In this document: positions 13,581-28,114 of the stretch, in pieces
Numbering within the stretch: position 1 is the first letter of the stretch
Layout: every line of letters begins with the position of its first letter
Origin: Octopus sinensis
Lineage: Eukaryota
Assembly: GCF_006345805.1 (NCBI RefSeq)
Contig: NC_043008.1
Span: 48,732,001-48,796,000, forward strand
DNA: 64,000 nt
Reading direction: 5' to 3'
Program-made: the position numbers and the translations under genes
The notes under the pieces: model-generated
What the model saw: only the letters and a program-made list of their open reading frames with translations
Told to the model about the DNA's origin: nothing
Databases searched by the model: none

Positions 13581-15256
13581 CAGTTCTTTACCTACACCAC
13601 CACCACCACCGTCACTGCCATCAACAGCATCACTCTGCCTGGAGAAGGCAAAGTTCAAATCCAAGCAGAAGCTGAACTAAGAAATAAAAGACAGCAATCC
13701 TCTAGTTTTGCAGCTTTCAAACTGTTTCTAACAATGCCATCACCCAGAACTAGGAATGCATTAAATGTCAAACGTAATTTATTATTTTTTTTTTAAAAAA
13801 GGATCTACCCCTTCCTTCCTCAATGGCATAATGTCAGTCAATCTACAACCAACAAGAAAAAAAAATAAACAACAAATAAAAAAAATTAACTGAAGCGACA
13901 CCTCCCCCCACCTCCATGTCTACAGATCACATTAACCACTAAGACTCTCTGTGTTTCTATTTTCAATAAATTTATAAAATCACTGTTAAAAAGTAAAAGA
14001 GTTTAGGAAAATAATCAACTCTGCTGCTGCAGTTAAAATGGTAAATGAGGAATAAGAATAACAAAAAGAAAGAAAAAAAAGAGTCAAGTAACAGAAAGAA
14101 GAAGAATATTAAAAACAAACTCAAAACCAATTTTTTTTCTTTCTGTGCCCAGTTCTGCCAGGAATAATATTGGAGAATGGCTATTTGTTTCAGATGCAAT
14201 CAATGTAGGTGAGTGAGAAGGGGGTGAGGAGTGAAGCCCTGTGTGTCGGCTCCAAAACTAAAATAACAATGGTTTTGTTGAAGTCACAGCTTTTAACTTC
14301 TAGAAAGGTGAAAAAGCAAATATTAACTTGAAATATTTAATGTAGATCAAGAAGAGGAGGAGGAGGATATATGAAGAACTTTAATGGACAACCTGTAATT
14401 GATGGGGTTACTGAAGTGGTGCTACTTCATTGTATTCATGTAGTGATTCTAAAGTGGAACCACTGAAGAGGTTTCCTGAAGATTGCGAAAGCCATGGATC
14501 AACAGCAGAACCAGTGACAAACTCGTGAATGTCTCATGGAATATAATTACTGCAGCTGACACACAGACACTCATTGCATCTTCAGATGGTAAAGAAGTAC
14601 CACATTGACCTTTCTCAGAAGAGGAAGAGCAGAGTCCTAGACTTTTTCTCTCAGAGACCCCAGACTGGTTGAAGGAAAAGAGGAATTTATTGTCAGACTA
14701 GAAATTTGGTCTCAATGTTTACAATGGACTTTACTATGTTAAAGGTACTCCAAGACAAAGGGGTGGTGTTAGAGCAGTTCCCTATAAACAGAAATGGTAC
14801 CACCCAAACTTCCATATACTTTCTATCTTCCAAATTCCACACACAAGACTCATGGCAGAAGACACTCGAATCGAGATGCTGCATGGATGAAGATTAAAGA
14901 TTAACAGACAACATGAAGTGTTGAAGGCAGTTCAAGTCAACTTGAGGTGATGGGTAGATGTTGGGGAAGGAGATTTTAGTGTTTCTTAAAAAAAAAAAGA
15001 AAGAAGAAAATTCTTAAAGAAAAAAATTTTGACCCTACAGCAGAGTTAATTGGAGCATCATAAAATAAAGTGTCTTGCTCAAGAACACAACACATAGCCC
15101 GGTCCGGGATTCAAACTCACAACCTCACAGTCTAACCACTGAGCCATGCGCCTTCACTCCTTACTAGATCACTAACTTCAATAAAGAAGAAATGTGTAAG
15201 ATGTCTTTGAAGAAGACAGCATGAAAGAAGTTGCACCAAACTGTTTAATTACTCAC

Positions 15257-18200
15257 CAGAATCTACATTAGGGAGTTCTTCATACTGTAATGGATGTTTG
15301 CGGGGTCGGCCAACTTTACGCTTTTCCGGTGTCTTTAAGCACTGAAGTGTGGGATCAGCTTTCCCATTTGACATCTGACAATCTCCTTCAGCAGATGATT
15401 GGACACTGGAAAAGAGTTTATGTCTCTTCTTTGGTGGCAAACACTGCTGGTTGCTCATTTTCATCTCTTCACCAGTCTGGCATAGATTCTCTTCAGAGGC
15501 ACTTTTCCGACGAATTACTTTGTTTTTCTCTTTATGGCTTTTCTCGCCAATTTCTTTGCGAATTTTCTCTCCTGAGTCTTTCCGAGATTTTTCCAAGAAA
15601 TCTTTCCGATTTCTATCAAAGCACTCTTTACGAGGCGGTTTCTCTAACAACTCCTGTGGACATTTCTCTCTATAAGAATTTTCGGCATTTTCTTTGCTGT
15701 GAACAGTGCCGACATAATTCATCTTATCATTTACTCTTCGAAGATTCTCTTCCTTCTGAAATAACACTTTTGAATTATCCAATGATTTATCAATGTTTTT
15801 CTCTGATTCTAACGGCTTATCACATGACTTTTCTAATGATTTATCAGATTTTGGAGTTATGGAAACCTTACGATTAGATTTTGCAAAGGATTTCTCAGGA
15901 ATTGTCTCGGTTAATTCTGAATCTTTGGTTTTTATATGTTCCAATGTTGTATCATTTTTAGATACCTTATTGTCAACATCAGTGGATTTCTCGATGGCAT
16001 TATTCAAAGTTTTAACGTAACTTTTGTGAAATTTAATATCACCATTTTGTTCATCAGAACCATTTTTCTCAAAGTGGCACTCATTAGACGTTTTGCCACT
16101 TCGATCTAATGACGACCCCTTGCGTACTTTATTTAACGAACCTTTTCGTACTCTGTCAAGTGAAGAGCATCTGCGTGCTCTATCAAGAGATGAACCTCGG
16201 CTCATTTTTTCTCGCTCTTTCGTATCCTTGACAACTTTTTCACAAGTCTCTCGACGATTCTTTCCGCTCGGTTCTTTCAACCCAACTTTGACATGTTCTT
16301 TCAGTAATTTTTCAGCTGCTGCTGCTGCTTTGTTCCTTCTGTCCCCAACATCTTTCGAGCAACGTTCTCTCAACTCCTTACGTAACTTAACTTTCTTAGA
16401 TTTGTCTGTTAAATAATGGAATGCTGACTGCTGGTTCTCTGTTGGGCTTATCTGCGGAGAGAGCTGACACTGCATGTCCTCATAGGAAAAGTGGCAGTTA
16501 TTCTGTTCATTATATGTCAGTTGCCTTTCCTTTTTTTTCTTTTTACTGCTGATAATTTTTGCTAACCGAAATATGCTTGGCATAGGTTTGTCACCCATGT
16601 TAAACTTTGCAAGATGTTCAAGAGATTCTGATATTATCAAACTATCAAATTGTCCAATTATTACATCAAGATCTGCAAGAAACACTGGATCGACTATATT
16701 TTTATGCTTAGACCTAAAATAAAGCATCCGTTTTTTCTTCTTCTTACTGATTAATTTACGTTTTGCACATTGGCGAGTAAATTTTTTGAATGACTGTGAG
16801 TGAAATCCCGCTTTAGAGATTGTGGTTGATGTTGCAGCAAAACTAGAAAAAGAATTTCCATCTGATGTAAAAGACGGCTGATTAAGATGAATGTTGTTGG
16901 AAGTAAATGAAGAAAATGAAGCTTTTGCAGGGAGATTAACGTTTGATGAAAAAGAGCTTCGAAGAAATGACTGATGACTGTTTGATGAAACACTTCTTTT
17001 TTTCCTTCGTCCACGACGAGGCCTACGCATCATCACGTGAAGCTTAGGCCTCCTGATTTTCGGAACAACTCGAGTGGGTTTGGTTTCTTGCTGAATGCAA
17101 ACATTAACAAGAGTGGGTTCAATGGTGTCTAAATTATCAGTCAAATTGAAGTCATTAAAATCTTCGGTTTCCTCTTGGCCATGGAACTGAGATTTAATTG
17201 AATCGTGAACACTCCTGATCAATGAATCAAAATCTCCTTCTTCAGAAGGGAGTTTTTGCCCTAACCCGGATCTTCGTTTAGTCTCCAAGGTTTCAGAGTT
17301 CTCACATTCCAATCCAGTCTGAGTTACCTCTTCTAAATGCCGTAAACGCTTATTTTCCAAAGGCCGTAAAGCATTAGCAGTTGGATTTTTCCGAGGTCTC
17401 CCTCGGGGACGTTTCACAATAGGGGACAAGCTATGAGTTGAACCACTCAAAGAACTCCTTGAGCTCCGCTGACTCAGTTTACCAGACATCAAGTTATTAT
17501 GGGTCATATTATTGGGAATCCCATTATTTTCAGGTTGCTCAAACATGGTCGGTAATCTCTGTGACGCCAAAGTTTTCTTTAGCATTGACTTGTTTTTAGA
17601 GCCCTTTGGTCTTCCTGGTTTTCTGCGAACTTGGTTCCCATTTAATAACCCACCTATTTCAGTCTTGGTTTTATCACATAAATCGTTACAATTTCTATAA
17701 CTTGAATGGAATCCAGCTTTGGAATCACAAGTGTTCTGAATGCAAGGATCTGTCATTGTTCCTTGAAGAGATTCAACTTGATTTTTGAAATTACTGTTAA
17801 ATGCAGCTTTTTTACGTCTAACTAACGAACTTCTTTTTAATTTGCTTGGGCCTTCAGTTTTGGGAGAGTCTGGAGCATTTAAGGAATGTTTTTCGGCCAA
17901 CTTCAGAAGTTCTTCTGAAGTATTTTTCTTATCAGTGAGGTGTAACTTCTGAAGCTTTGAAAGTTTCTTTCCTTTCTTCAATTTCTGGAGACTTCTTAAG
18001 TTATCAGATTTTATAAAATTTACATCATTTTGAATTACCTTCTGACTGGGGAAAGACTCAAAGTCCTCTTCAGACTGACAAGATATTTTATCTGTTAAGA
18101 CATCCTTTTCTTTTTGTAAAACTATATCATCCTTGATTTTGGGCAGCTTTGACCCATCCACGTTACTTCCAAACGTCCCAGACTGCTTTGTATTTAGAGA

Positions 18201-21200
18201 TTCAACAAAACTTTGGCTGCACAACCTATCATCAATGGCTTTCATTTCAGACGATTCTTCAGTCTTCTTTACAACTGGTTCCTCAATATTATTGGCTGGC
18301 GGTGGCTGAGACAATAAAGAAGCCTTACTGTCTGGAGGATGTATATGGTTATTGAGAGATTTCTTGGAAAGAGATTTGGCTTTTTTCATCAATGGAATTT
18401 GCCTGTTTCTTTCAACAATTCCATTGTCAGCCTTCTTCTTTGGTTTGGTTGAATGCGATACTGGTTGTTGTTGTTGCATCTGTTTGGTTGGACTTGAGTG
18501 AGATTCTTTTGGTTGTAGCAATGCCGATGTTTGGATCTTGGCCGGTGCGGTCGATGGTCGGTGTTGGTACAGCTGGGGTGGTAGTTGTTCTTGAAGGTTT
18601 AATGGAGGGCGACACTGTTCCAATAGTTTGGTTGGTGACAAAACCTGTTGCTGAAGTAATTTGGGAGGATGATGTGGCTGTAATGGTTGCTGCTGAAGCT
18701 GTGAAACAAACTGCTGCACGTGCAGCATTTGCTTTTTCTGCTGATGTTGTGCAGCAGGTTGTTCTTGTAATTGTGGAGGGTGTCTTGCATCCGCGAATTG
18801 CAGTGGATGCTGCTGCTGCTGTTGTTTGGATTGCACAGACTGCTGCTTCTGTTTGTGTAAATGTGTTGTAGGTTTCTGAGATTGTAAATCTACAAGATGT
18901 TTTTCTTGTTGTAAATGCGAGGAGCTGTGATGTGATGGCAATGATGAAGTCTTCTGTTTCGTCTCCGATGAAGCTGTGTCTTTCTGTTGAAGTAATTGAG
19001 AGGATTTCTGTTTCAGCTGGACCTGCTGAGATTTCGCAATCTGTCGTTGTTTAACTGGTTTTAATTGTTGTTTCTGTTGTTGTTGTGGTGGTGCCTGGCA
19101 ATTTACAGATGATGTTTTAGTTAAGAAATTGTTCTCCTCACATCTGGACACTACTGGGGTTAATGGAGCTGATGATAAATCAGTATTTTTTGATACATAA
19201 TTCATATTTATATTTTTAGATTCTAATTTTTCTTCAGATTTCTTAACAGAAACTTTCTTATTCGACTGCATTAAACAAGTTTCACTATTCTGTTCTGCTA
19301 GATTACATTTTTTCAACAGTGTGTTACCAGTTTTGCCTACCTTCACCTTTTTACTTTCATCGCCCTCTTTGGGTTCCAACATGGATTTCACCTGTTCGTC
19401 TTTCATTTTAGAATCTAATTTCTTCCCAAAAGAATTACTAACAATGTCATTTATTGGCTCAGCCTTTTCAGATTTTGACAACCGAAAATCTTCAAGAATC
19501 TTACCATTTTCGACATTTGGAGGAACAAAACTGTCAGTCTTGGGCTTGGATAGATCCTGTTTAATAGGAACAAACTGCTTTTCAGCTTTCTTAATTTTCG
19601 GCATATTTTCAGCCTTTTTACGTTTGGTTTCAGTCTTTTTAACTCCAGGCAAACAATATTCTTCCAAACAAGGTGGATCTTTGACTTTTTCAGAGCATGG
19701 CAAATCTTCAGCTTTCATTAGAACTGGTGGAGAATCTTCATATATTCTGCGATTAGGGAGTAATGAATCTTTGATGCCTTTATAATTATCAAAATCTGCC
19801 TTCTGCAATGCTGGTATGCAATCTAACTTACTAGATGAGTTATATTTTTTAGAATAAGATTTATCAAATGCAGAATCAGTTTTCTTGTTTTCTGAAAAAA
19901 TGCACATTTTCTTACAGAGAGAGTCCACTTTTTCCTTACTTGAAAGAACATCCACTGTTTTAACTAAAGAACCAAATTTGTGGGTTGAAATGTCTGATGA
20001 GTATTGTGTAGATGAGGAGTTGGCTAATGATGGACAAACTGATTGTTCACTGCTGTTCAAGGATAACATTTGCCTCTCTGCTTTCTTGCTGCACAGTTTG
20101 TCTTTCTTTTTGGCCCGTGAGAAATTCGAGGAGATTTCAGGATGCATGTTATCTACATATTTCAGGTAAGACATATCATTCATATCTGTGGAATTATTCA
20201 ACTCACTACCTTTCTTCTCAGCAGATAAATCACTGGTTTTGTTCAAGCAGGGTTGTTTATCATGTGACCCCTCATATTCAAAGAGATTGGCAAGGTAAGA
20301 CAACTGAGATGTTTTACTAGCATTGCTTACACTGTCCACACTCGTACAAAGCACTGGATTTGACTTCCCATTTGAATGGATGTTGAACTTATCAAAGCAT
20401 GACACACTGTCATAGGCTTTAGAATTGTTGCCAGATTTTTCATCGACACAAGTTGGTAGTTTTGAGGTAACAGACAAATTCACATCTTTATTTTTCTCGA
20501 ATAATGTTGCTTTAGTATTCTGTAGAAATGGTTCAAATGATTTAGTCTTTGCGACTTTCTTATTAGATAGGTTATGCTCAGAGACTGACTGTTTATTCTC
20601 CCGAATCGGTGAAAGGTTGCCATCGTCTTGCTGGAACCTGCACCCTTGGTAGCTAGACAAAGATTTACCTAGAATATCGGCCGAATAATTTCTTTCCAGA
20701 ATCTTATGGGGCATTTGTTGACAAAAAGGAAATTCATTGACATCTTTTGTGTGATGATTGTTGGCTTGTATGTGTTCAGGCAACGTTATGTTGTTAGAAA
20801 AGGGGGTCCTCTCTATTACCTCGGGCTCTCTTGTCTCGGCATACAAGTGAGCATAAATCAATGACTTCTTGTTTTGTAATATCCATGAATTTTTTGCCCT
20901 TTTAGGAGGGCGCCCCCTACCTCTCCTCCTTCCCATGTGTTTTGAATCTGATGCCGAGGAAGTTGTTTTTATATCACAGATTTGTCTATTAAGATCACAG
21001 CTAATTGAACTGAGAGTAACCTGAGAGGTGGTACAAGTGGTAGAAGTGGTAGTAACAGTATTGATAGTCGTGGTAGTTGTGGTTGTGGCAATACTTTGCT
21101 GGGATAAGCTGGTTGGTTTTTGAAATGTTGAAATACATCGGTTAAGTTGGCTGTTAGACAGTAACTGGCTGCCTTCAATGTGGTTATCAGAATTAAGCAA

Positions 21201-22037
21201 TAGTAAATGACTTGGGGATTCGTTTCTTACAGGTGTGCCTGGGAACGATTGAATTCCACTGTCAGGTGAGACATCAGAGCGACTTAATACATCCGAAGCA
21301 GACTCAGCAGGAAACGGCCCGGAACAACTAGCACCATTATTTTTCCGAAGATGTTTATGAGAGGCTAAACTAAAGTCAACCTTGTTCTGATGCTCATACT
21401 TGGCAAATGTCTGGTAGTCCAATGTACAGGCATCACTTGGACCATCTTCAGTACTGTCAATACACTCGCCACCACTCTCACTAACGCCACCCCGGTCTTT
21501 GTAACAAGTTGCTGTGGTAGCACCTGTTTTTCTTACGCAATCTGGGAAATCATAAGAACTACATTTTCCAGCAGAACTGGGGAAATTCTTCCCCAAGTTG
21601 ACTGGAGGCCAATCTCTATACGAAGACTGTCTGTTTAGGGCGCCGGAAGAAATTGGTCTGTCATATTGACATGTTGAGCGATATCTATTTTTCTGTTTTA
21701 TACGAGAAACTTTGGGAACGTTCCTTGTAAATGGTGCTTCAGGCACCAAAATTGGTTTATCATTGTCAACATTTTTAATGTTTTGTTGACCTAAATGCTG
21801 CTGCTGCAGGTGGTACTGTTGGTGAAGGTGCTGCTGCTGTTGTTGCAACTGTTTCTGTTGTGTTTTATAAAGTTGCAGTGACTGTTGCTGCTGTTGTTGC
21901 AGTTTCTGCCGTTGCAGTAATAACAGAGTGTGCTGCTGTTGTAGTTGCTGCTGTTGCAGTTGTTGTAGTTGCTGCTGCTGTTTTTGTAGTTGCTGTTGGT
22001 GCTGCTGCTGTGATTGTGTGTCAATTTTACCAACATT
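15257..22037 (-). CDS. ASH1L: ASH1L-like histone-lysine N-methyltransferase, giant internal coding exon (6,781 bp, phase 0 to phase 1)
   Basis: The ORF-track frame 15249..21848 stays open upstream to 22037 (NVGKIDTQSQQQHQQQ...). It is preceded by a strong acceptor TTTTTTCTTTTTTCTTTTCCATAG| and ends at donor TCTG|GTGAGT (15256). It encodes AT-hooks RRRGRGRPPKR (~20900-20932), RRKPGRPKGSKNK (~17590-17628), KRPRGRPRKNP (~17381-17414) and KRKVGRPRKHP (~15292-15320), plus YFRSKHKNIVDPVFLADLD and CLPPKKRHKL, which I recognise from ASH1/ASH1L N-terminal regions. The catalytic SET domain is not in the window, so the name rests on these motifs. Confidence 0.8.
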
Positions 22038-24703
22038 CTATGGAAAAGAAAAAAGAAAAAAAATTACAGAAAAAGATTTTTTTCCCCCAAAAAGTAAGAA
22101 TGAAAATAACATAATACAGAGAAAAATTAGGATGATGCTGATGAGGTGAAAGAGGACATGGTTAAGTTGGCTTTAAACAAAGTGTATTTGTGGAATTAGC
22201 AATGATGCTACCATAGAGTCTTGGGGAGAATTTTCAAAGGAAATCGCAGTTGTGACTGGCATTCAAGATATCTTCATGGAATTTCTCATAGACAAGTAAA
22301 ATATCCAATCTGGCAGTAGACACCAATGTGTGAAAAGTCTAATATGAGATGGACTGTTTACAGTGTGTCTATCAAAACTGGGACCTTAATCAGAATTAGG
22401 GTCCACAACCAAAATGAAAGAAACTGAGATAGAATTAGATTATCTTGGGTTGAAAGTGAATAATAAAGTAGGTGTATGCAAACTCAGCTAAAAATGATAG
22501 TGTGAAGGAATATTTCTATTCTGTTGAACCTATTTATGACCAAGAGGACAAGGCCATTCTGCAATTAAGGGTTTTTTGAAACGAGTGGAAATTTAAACAT
22601 ATTTCAAACATAGTAAGAATTTGTGAAAAGAATTTAGAATACTCGACATCTTGACATTTTCTTTTATTAAGGTACACTCTGTCAGTTAGTGGGGTTGTTT
22701 TCCTTCAATTTCACAATTTCAAAAAAGTACCATTGGTACAATCAAACCAGTGTCATTCAAGTCTGAATTCCTGAATGTTTATCTCTATATATGTATATAC
22801 GTATGTGTGTGTGTGTGTGTGTGTGTATGCATGTGCACTCTGTGCCCAATTTATCCCTGCTAGGCTTTCCTCACCTTTTTATCTTTCTAACGTTCATCCT
22901 TCCATCACTATACTAACCACAGCATTCATCTGATGCTGTAATTAAATGAGTAGGACTAAATATTTCATCACCTTTCTCAGCTATCACTATCTCTCTCTCT
23001 CTCTTGCTGGAACCACTTCCTTTTTGACATCCATTCCTCATTCTCAATCCCTCTCCACCTTTGTTTTCCACTGATCACCCTTTCTATGCCACCAGTTATC
23101 TCATTTTCTCTCCTCTTAACTAATTCTCATTGACACTCCTATTTCATTCCTAACGTCATCCCACTTTTGTTTGCCATTCCCTACATTGCACCCAACCTTC
23201 TGACACCATTCCGTCTTTTTCCTAACTGTTTTGTATTTTGAGAGTCCATCCTGGCACCTCACCACCACCATCTTTACCTCTCTTTACCCTTATATAATGA
23301 GGTAGCCTCATATCTCCTCTAAGAAACCTATTCCTGTTTCTCTATTGTACATAAGCTTCTCAGCCCCTTTTATAAAGCTGCTTCCCTTTCTACTCTACCC
23401 CACTCAGTCAAGGGAGCTTTTTAATCTTGTGGGTTACTTGGGGACCTCTCCAGTGCTGGCTCCATGAAAAAAAAAGCACCCAGTACATTTTGTAAGAAGG
23501 GCATCTGAATTAGGAACCATGCTAAAGCAGCCATTGGGGCTTAATACAGCCCTTTGATTTGCAGAATCCTGTCGAATCATCCAACTCATGCCAGCTTGGA
23601 AGACATTTAACACACACACACACATTGCGGCATACATGCACACACACACACACACACACACATACACACACACACACACACTGGGGTTTTGTTACTGAGA
23701 TTGACTCTAGTACTCAATTATTTTCATCCTGGTACTTATTGTAGAGTATTCTTTTAGCTGAAAAAGTAAGGGGTGGAGACACAAACAAATCCCTATTGGT
23801 TAGTCTACCTGGTTGCAAATAGGTACCAAGTAAAGATAGAACATTCCATTGTAAGCAATGAGAGGGCAGCATGAAAAATAAGCAAGGCTATGAGAAATAC
23901 TTTCCTAAGACTGCTTAGAATCTCATGCATGGATATCAGCACTTGTTACACTTGCATATGGGCTCTTTGCCTTGTCATATGTATTGTTGGGCCCTCTACA
24001 GCTAAGATTCCAAAATATGTTACTTTGCTATCTGTTAGATCTTAATAGCAGGGCTGAGGAAGAGAAGTCATGCACTTGACAACACGGACAATTTCAAATA
24101 GAACCTTGTCCACACTTGTGCCATAGAGGTGCATTTAACATCATCATCATCGTTTAATGTCCGCTTTCCATGCTAGCAAGGGTTGGATGATTTGACTGAG
24201 GACAGGTGAACCAGATGGCTGCACCAGGCTCCAATCTTGATCTGGCAGAGTTTCTACAGCTGGATGCCCTTCCTAACGCCAACCACTCCGAGAGTGTAGT
24301 GGGTGCTTTTACGTGCCACTGGCACGAGGGCCAGTCAGGCGGTACAAAAAAATTGTATTTTTTCTTTTTTTAATAAATCAAAAGATAACATCTTTCTATC
24401 AACTTTCATTTTGCTAATGTTGTATGAGCTCATGGAATGGGCCAGTATTACATTTAGAGACAGAGCAAAACAGTTGTTGTTATACAAAGTGGTAGTATGT
24501 GAATCTTTGTAGACCATAGATGCCCGTAGTGTTGCAGCTGCAGCCATATGTCGCAATGTGAAGTGAACGGGACAATAGATATGAGATGAGCAGCTGAAAA
24601 TGTTGAGACTGAACCTACTTCAGGGGTATCAGCAGGTCATTGGTCAGTGCAATGACTTTGGACTTGTCAATCTAATTGTTGGAAAAGACCTTAATCAAAG
24701 ACA

Positions 24704-24934
24704 TTAGCCCTTTCGTTTCTGTATTTCTGTTGGGATGTTCTCTGTTCCTTTCAATTACTTTAAATATAACAAAGAATTTAGTAAAATAACTTAATTATTA
24801 TCATTCAGCTAGTGTTAGGAACATAAACTGTGACTAAGGTTTGGTGGAAGATTTTAATTCCAAACTTATGAAAACAAGACATTTGTAGTCAGAGCCAGAG
24901 CCAGTTTCAGCCAGTTTGGTAACGAAAGGGTTAA
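24704..24934. mobile_element. piggyBac-type MITE (223 bp)
   Basis: TTAG|CCCTTTCGTT ... AACGAAAGGG|TTAA: CCC/GGG termini, 10-bp TIR, TTAA-type target duplication with one mismatch. Confidence 0.7.
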
Positions 24935-26091
24935 AGACAACCTGTGTTGGTGCCAGTGTACTCTGTAAAGTGGTTGGCATTAGGAATGGCATCCAACCAT
25001 AGAAACCTTGACAACTGGAGCCTGGTGCAGCTCTCCAACCTGCCAGCTCCTGTCAAACCATGCAACCCATGACAGCATGGAAAACGGATGTTCAATGATG
25101 ATGGTTAAACAACAAAACTGTCAACAGCATCTAATCAGGCTTGTAAAACTAAAAACTTTTGATTGATTGAACTTATGAAGCACATTATGAAAGGAAATTC
25201 CACCCCCACCCCATCTCAATGCCATACAAATGCAACCAAACAACAGCCTTCAACTTAATATTCATATTCACTTATAATATCTCAATGATGATTAAATTGT
25301 TTAGTTAAAGGCTATCAAGAAATGGCAAGTCTTCTTATATAATTACACCAGCAACAACAACAGATAATTCTTGGTCACTGGAACATTAGGACAGATTGCC
25401 TGAAGGAAGATTGGTCAGGCAGTGATTCAGCCGATGACAAGACCAGAGACGAAGAGACAGAACCATAAACAGTGAGGTTTCTCATAATATACTCAAGTGC
25501 TTGAGGACAGCCACACTCAAAGAACAACCTTATTGATGCAGAGATTCCACATCTCTAGAATAAACAAATGGTCTTATTTCCAAACGTTACGTCCTCTCCT
25601 CCCTCTCTTACCTACCACACACACCCATATCCTTGTGGACTCAACAAACCAACAGCCATTTTAAGCTTTTCTTCATATTTCATAATATCAGAGTTGTTTC
25701 TTTATATATTTATAATTATTCTCTGATTTTGTCTTTAAACATTTTCCTTGCCATTCTCCACCCAAATTACTTCACGTTAATTACAATAGTTGCTATTCTT
25801 TTTTCTTTTCTCATTTTTTCATTTTCTTGAACCTTTTATTTCTCTCTCTCTCTCTCTCTCTCTTTTTCATTTTAGCCTGAATAAGCCAGCCTACTTAGAA
25901 ACATAGAGTTTCTATTTTCAACAACCTTCACTTTGGTTGGAATAACTGGATGGTTTGGTCAGCAGCCAACAAAATTCCAAAATGAAATCACATGACTTCT
26001 GGAACTATTTTGCATCTGGCACAGCTTCAACTTACCTCCTCTCTAAAAAGATGATTGATTTGTTTAAATTAACTATACAGTTTTCAAACAC

Positions 26092-26129
<38 letters not shown>

Positions 26130-27009
26130 CCTGCAATACCATCGTTTATATACTAAGAAACTATTTATTCCGTTACTTATCCAAAAACAATAACCTATGC
26201 AGCAGGTCTTTCTTTATTTAGCATCTTCATACTAAATAGATAATGTTAAGTTCTATGAAACCATCTACAATTAATTGGTATATTTCCTCATGGAATTGTC
26301 TGAAAAGCTCTTTGTCAGATTCTCAGAACATTCTATTTTCAAGCTAAAACAATTCTCATTCATTCCCATCTTGTTAAAAGCAGCAGGTTTGACCAAAAGT
26401 GGTGGACAATCAGCTAAGTGGCCACTATTTTGTGTTGTCATTGCTATCACCTTGTGTCTGTCACTAAGATAAATTTCAACAGCTCAATCCATGTGGCTGT
26501 AAACAGGTCATTATTGTTTAAATTAGGTCAGCTATGGTCCAGCAAACTTTTGATGAAATCCGTTCCAGTGGTGGCCATTGCATTTTTTATTCAGATAGTG
26601 TAGGTGCAGACATGGTTGTGCAGTTAAAAAGTTTGCCTTCATGGTTTGGAGTTCAATTCTGTTGTGTGCTACCTTGGGCAAGTCTCTTCTACTATTGCTT
26701 CACACTGGATGAAATTTGATGGATGCAAACTAGACAGAAGCTTGTCATATAAGTGTGTGCATGCCCATTTTCCCATTTTCCATGCTGGCATGGGTTGGAC
26801 AGTTTGATTGCAGTCTGGAGAGCCAGCGGCTGCACCAGGCACCAATCTGATCTGGCAGTGTTTCTACAACTGGATGCCCTTCCTTTTGCCAACCACTCTG
26901 AGAGTGTAGTGGGTGCTTTTTACGTACCACCGGCACAGGAGCCAGTCAGGTGGGCTTGGCATCAATCACGTTCGGATGGTGCTTTTTACGTGCCACTGGC
27001 ATGTGTGTA

Positions 27010-28114
27010 TATGTTTATATGGTAGGTTCCACAAAGGGTTCCAGACTCTGCAGTCTTGAGGTTTCTAAGGATGTTAGGAGTAGACGAATGGCTTGTGATG
27101 AGGGTCATGCAAGCCATGTAGAGAGGTGCATTCAGCAAGATCAGAGTTAGCAATGTGTATAGAATGCAGCTACATGTCTATCAGGGCTCCTTTCTCAGCC
27201 ATCTCCTTCTCATTACAGTTTTTTTAGATTATAACAGAAGAATTTAAGACTGTCTGTGAGAACTCTTGTATGATGATGACCTAAATTTGTAGATTTAGAA
27301 AAGAAATTCTAGATTGGGAAGCAACACCTAGAATTGAGGGGTCGAGTAGGGATGAAAACAGGACCATCTTACCATCAGGCAAATGGTTGTGCTTTATAGG
27401 AGGGAGCAACTAGCAATTCCATATAGTGTAGCCTGTGTAAAGCATGGATGTGCAAAAGATGTGGTGGGATTGTAGGTAGACTGACTGAGAAGGTAGTCTT
27501 TGTATGAGGCAGGTGTAGAGGAGCAGTGAGCAGTAAGAGTACACATGAACTGGATTCTTTCAAATACCCACAAGTCTCTGTAGAAGTAGTTGGTAGCTTT
27601 TGTTAGTTTGGTGACCTAAATAGCAGTGGAGGAGAGTATTCTTCAAACATAGTAAACTGCATAAGAACAGGATGGGAAAAGTTCTGGGTGCTAATTAGTT
27701 CTGCTGGTAACAAAAGGTTTCTCTTGTTACCAAGAAGTGCAATGCTGCCTGTTAGTGAGATGTAGGCCTTGAATGCAGAGGATTTGTGGAGGTGAGAAAG
27801 AAATGAAGAAAGCATGCATCACAAAGTGTGCAATGAACGGTGGAGCTCAAATGGACTGAGAAAAAAGCTGGATATATATATGAGGAATTAAAAAGATGCA
27901 GTATGCAAGAGAAAAGATTATGCTGGGTAGAGGGGATGTCAGCTGTATAAAGAAGTGCCCCAAGTGGATAGGACATAGGGCAGAAGGGGACCTAAGAAGA
28001 CATGAGACAAAATGGTGAAAACTGATCTCAAGAAGTTGAACCACATGAAGGGGATCACAAAGAATCGAGATAAGTGATTATAGGAGGTAGTGGAGAAGAT
28101 GCAGCATCCACCCA

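Noticed and set aside
21846-21848. ORF-track start M of the 2199-aa ORF
   Set aside because: The codon is TTG inside a frame that stays open to the splice acceptor at 22038; it is not a real initiation site.
22136-22152. CTGATGA-GGT-GAAA as another hammerhead core
   Set aside because: No stem II or stem I pairing; chance match. CTGATGA at ~10170 and ~40699 also lacks stem II plus GAAA.
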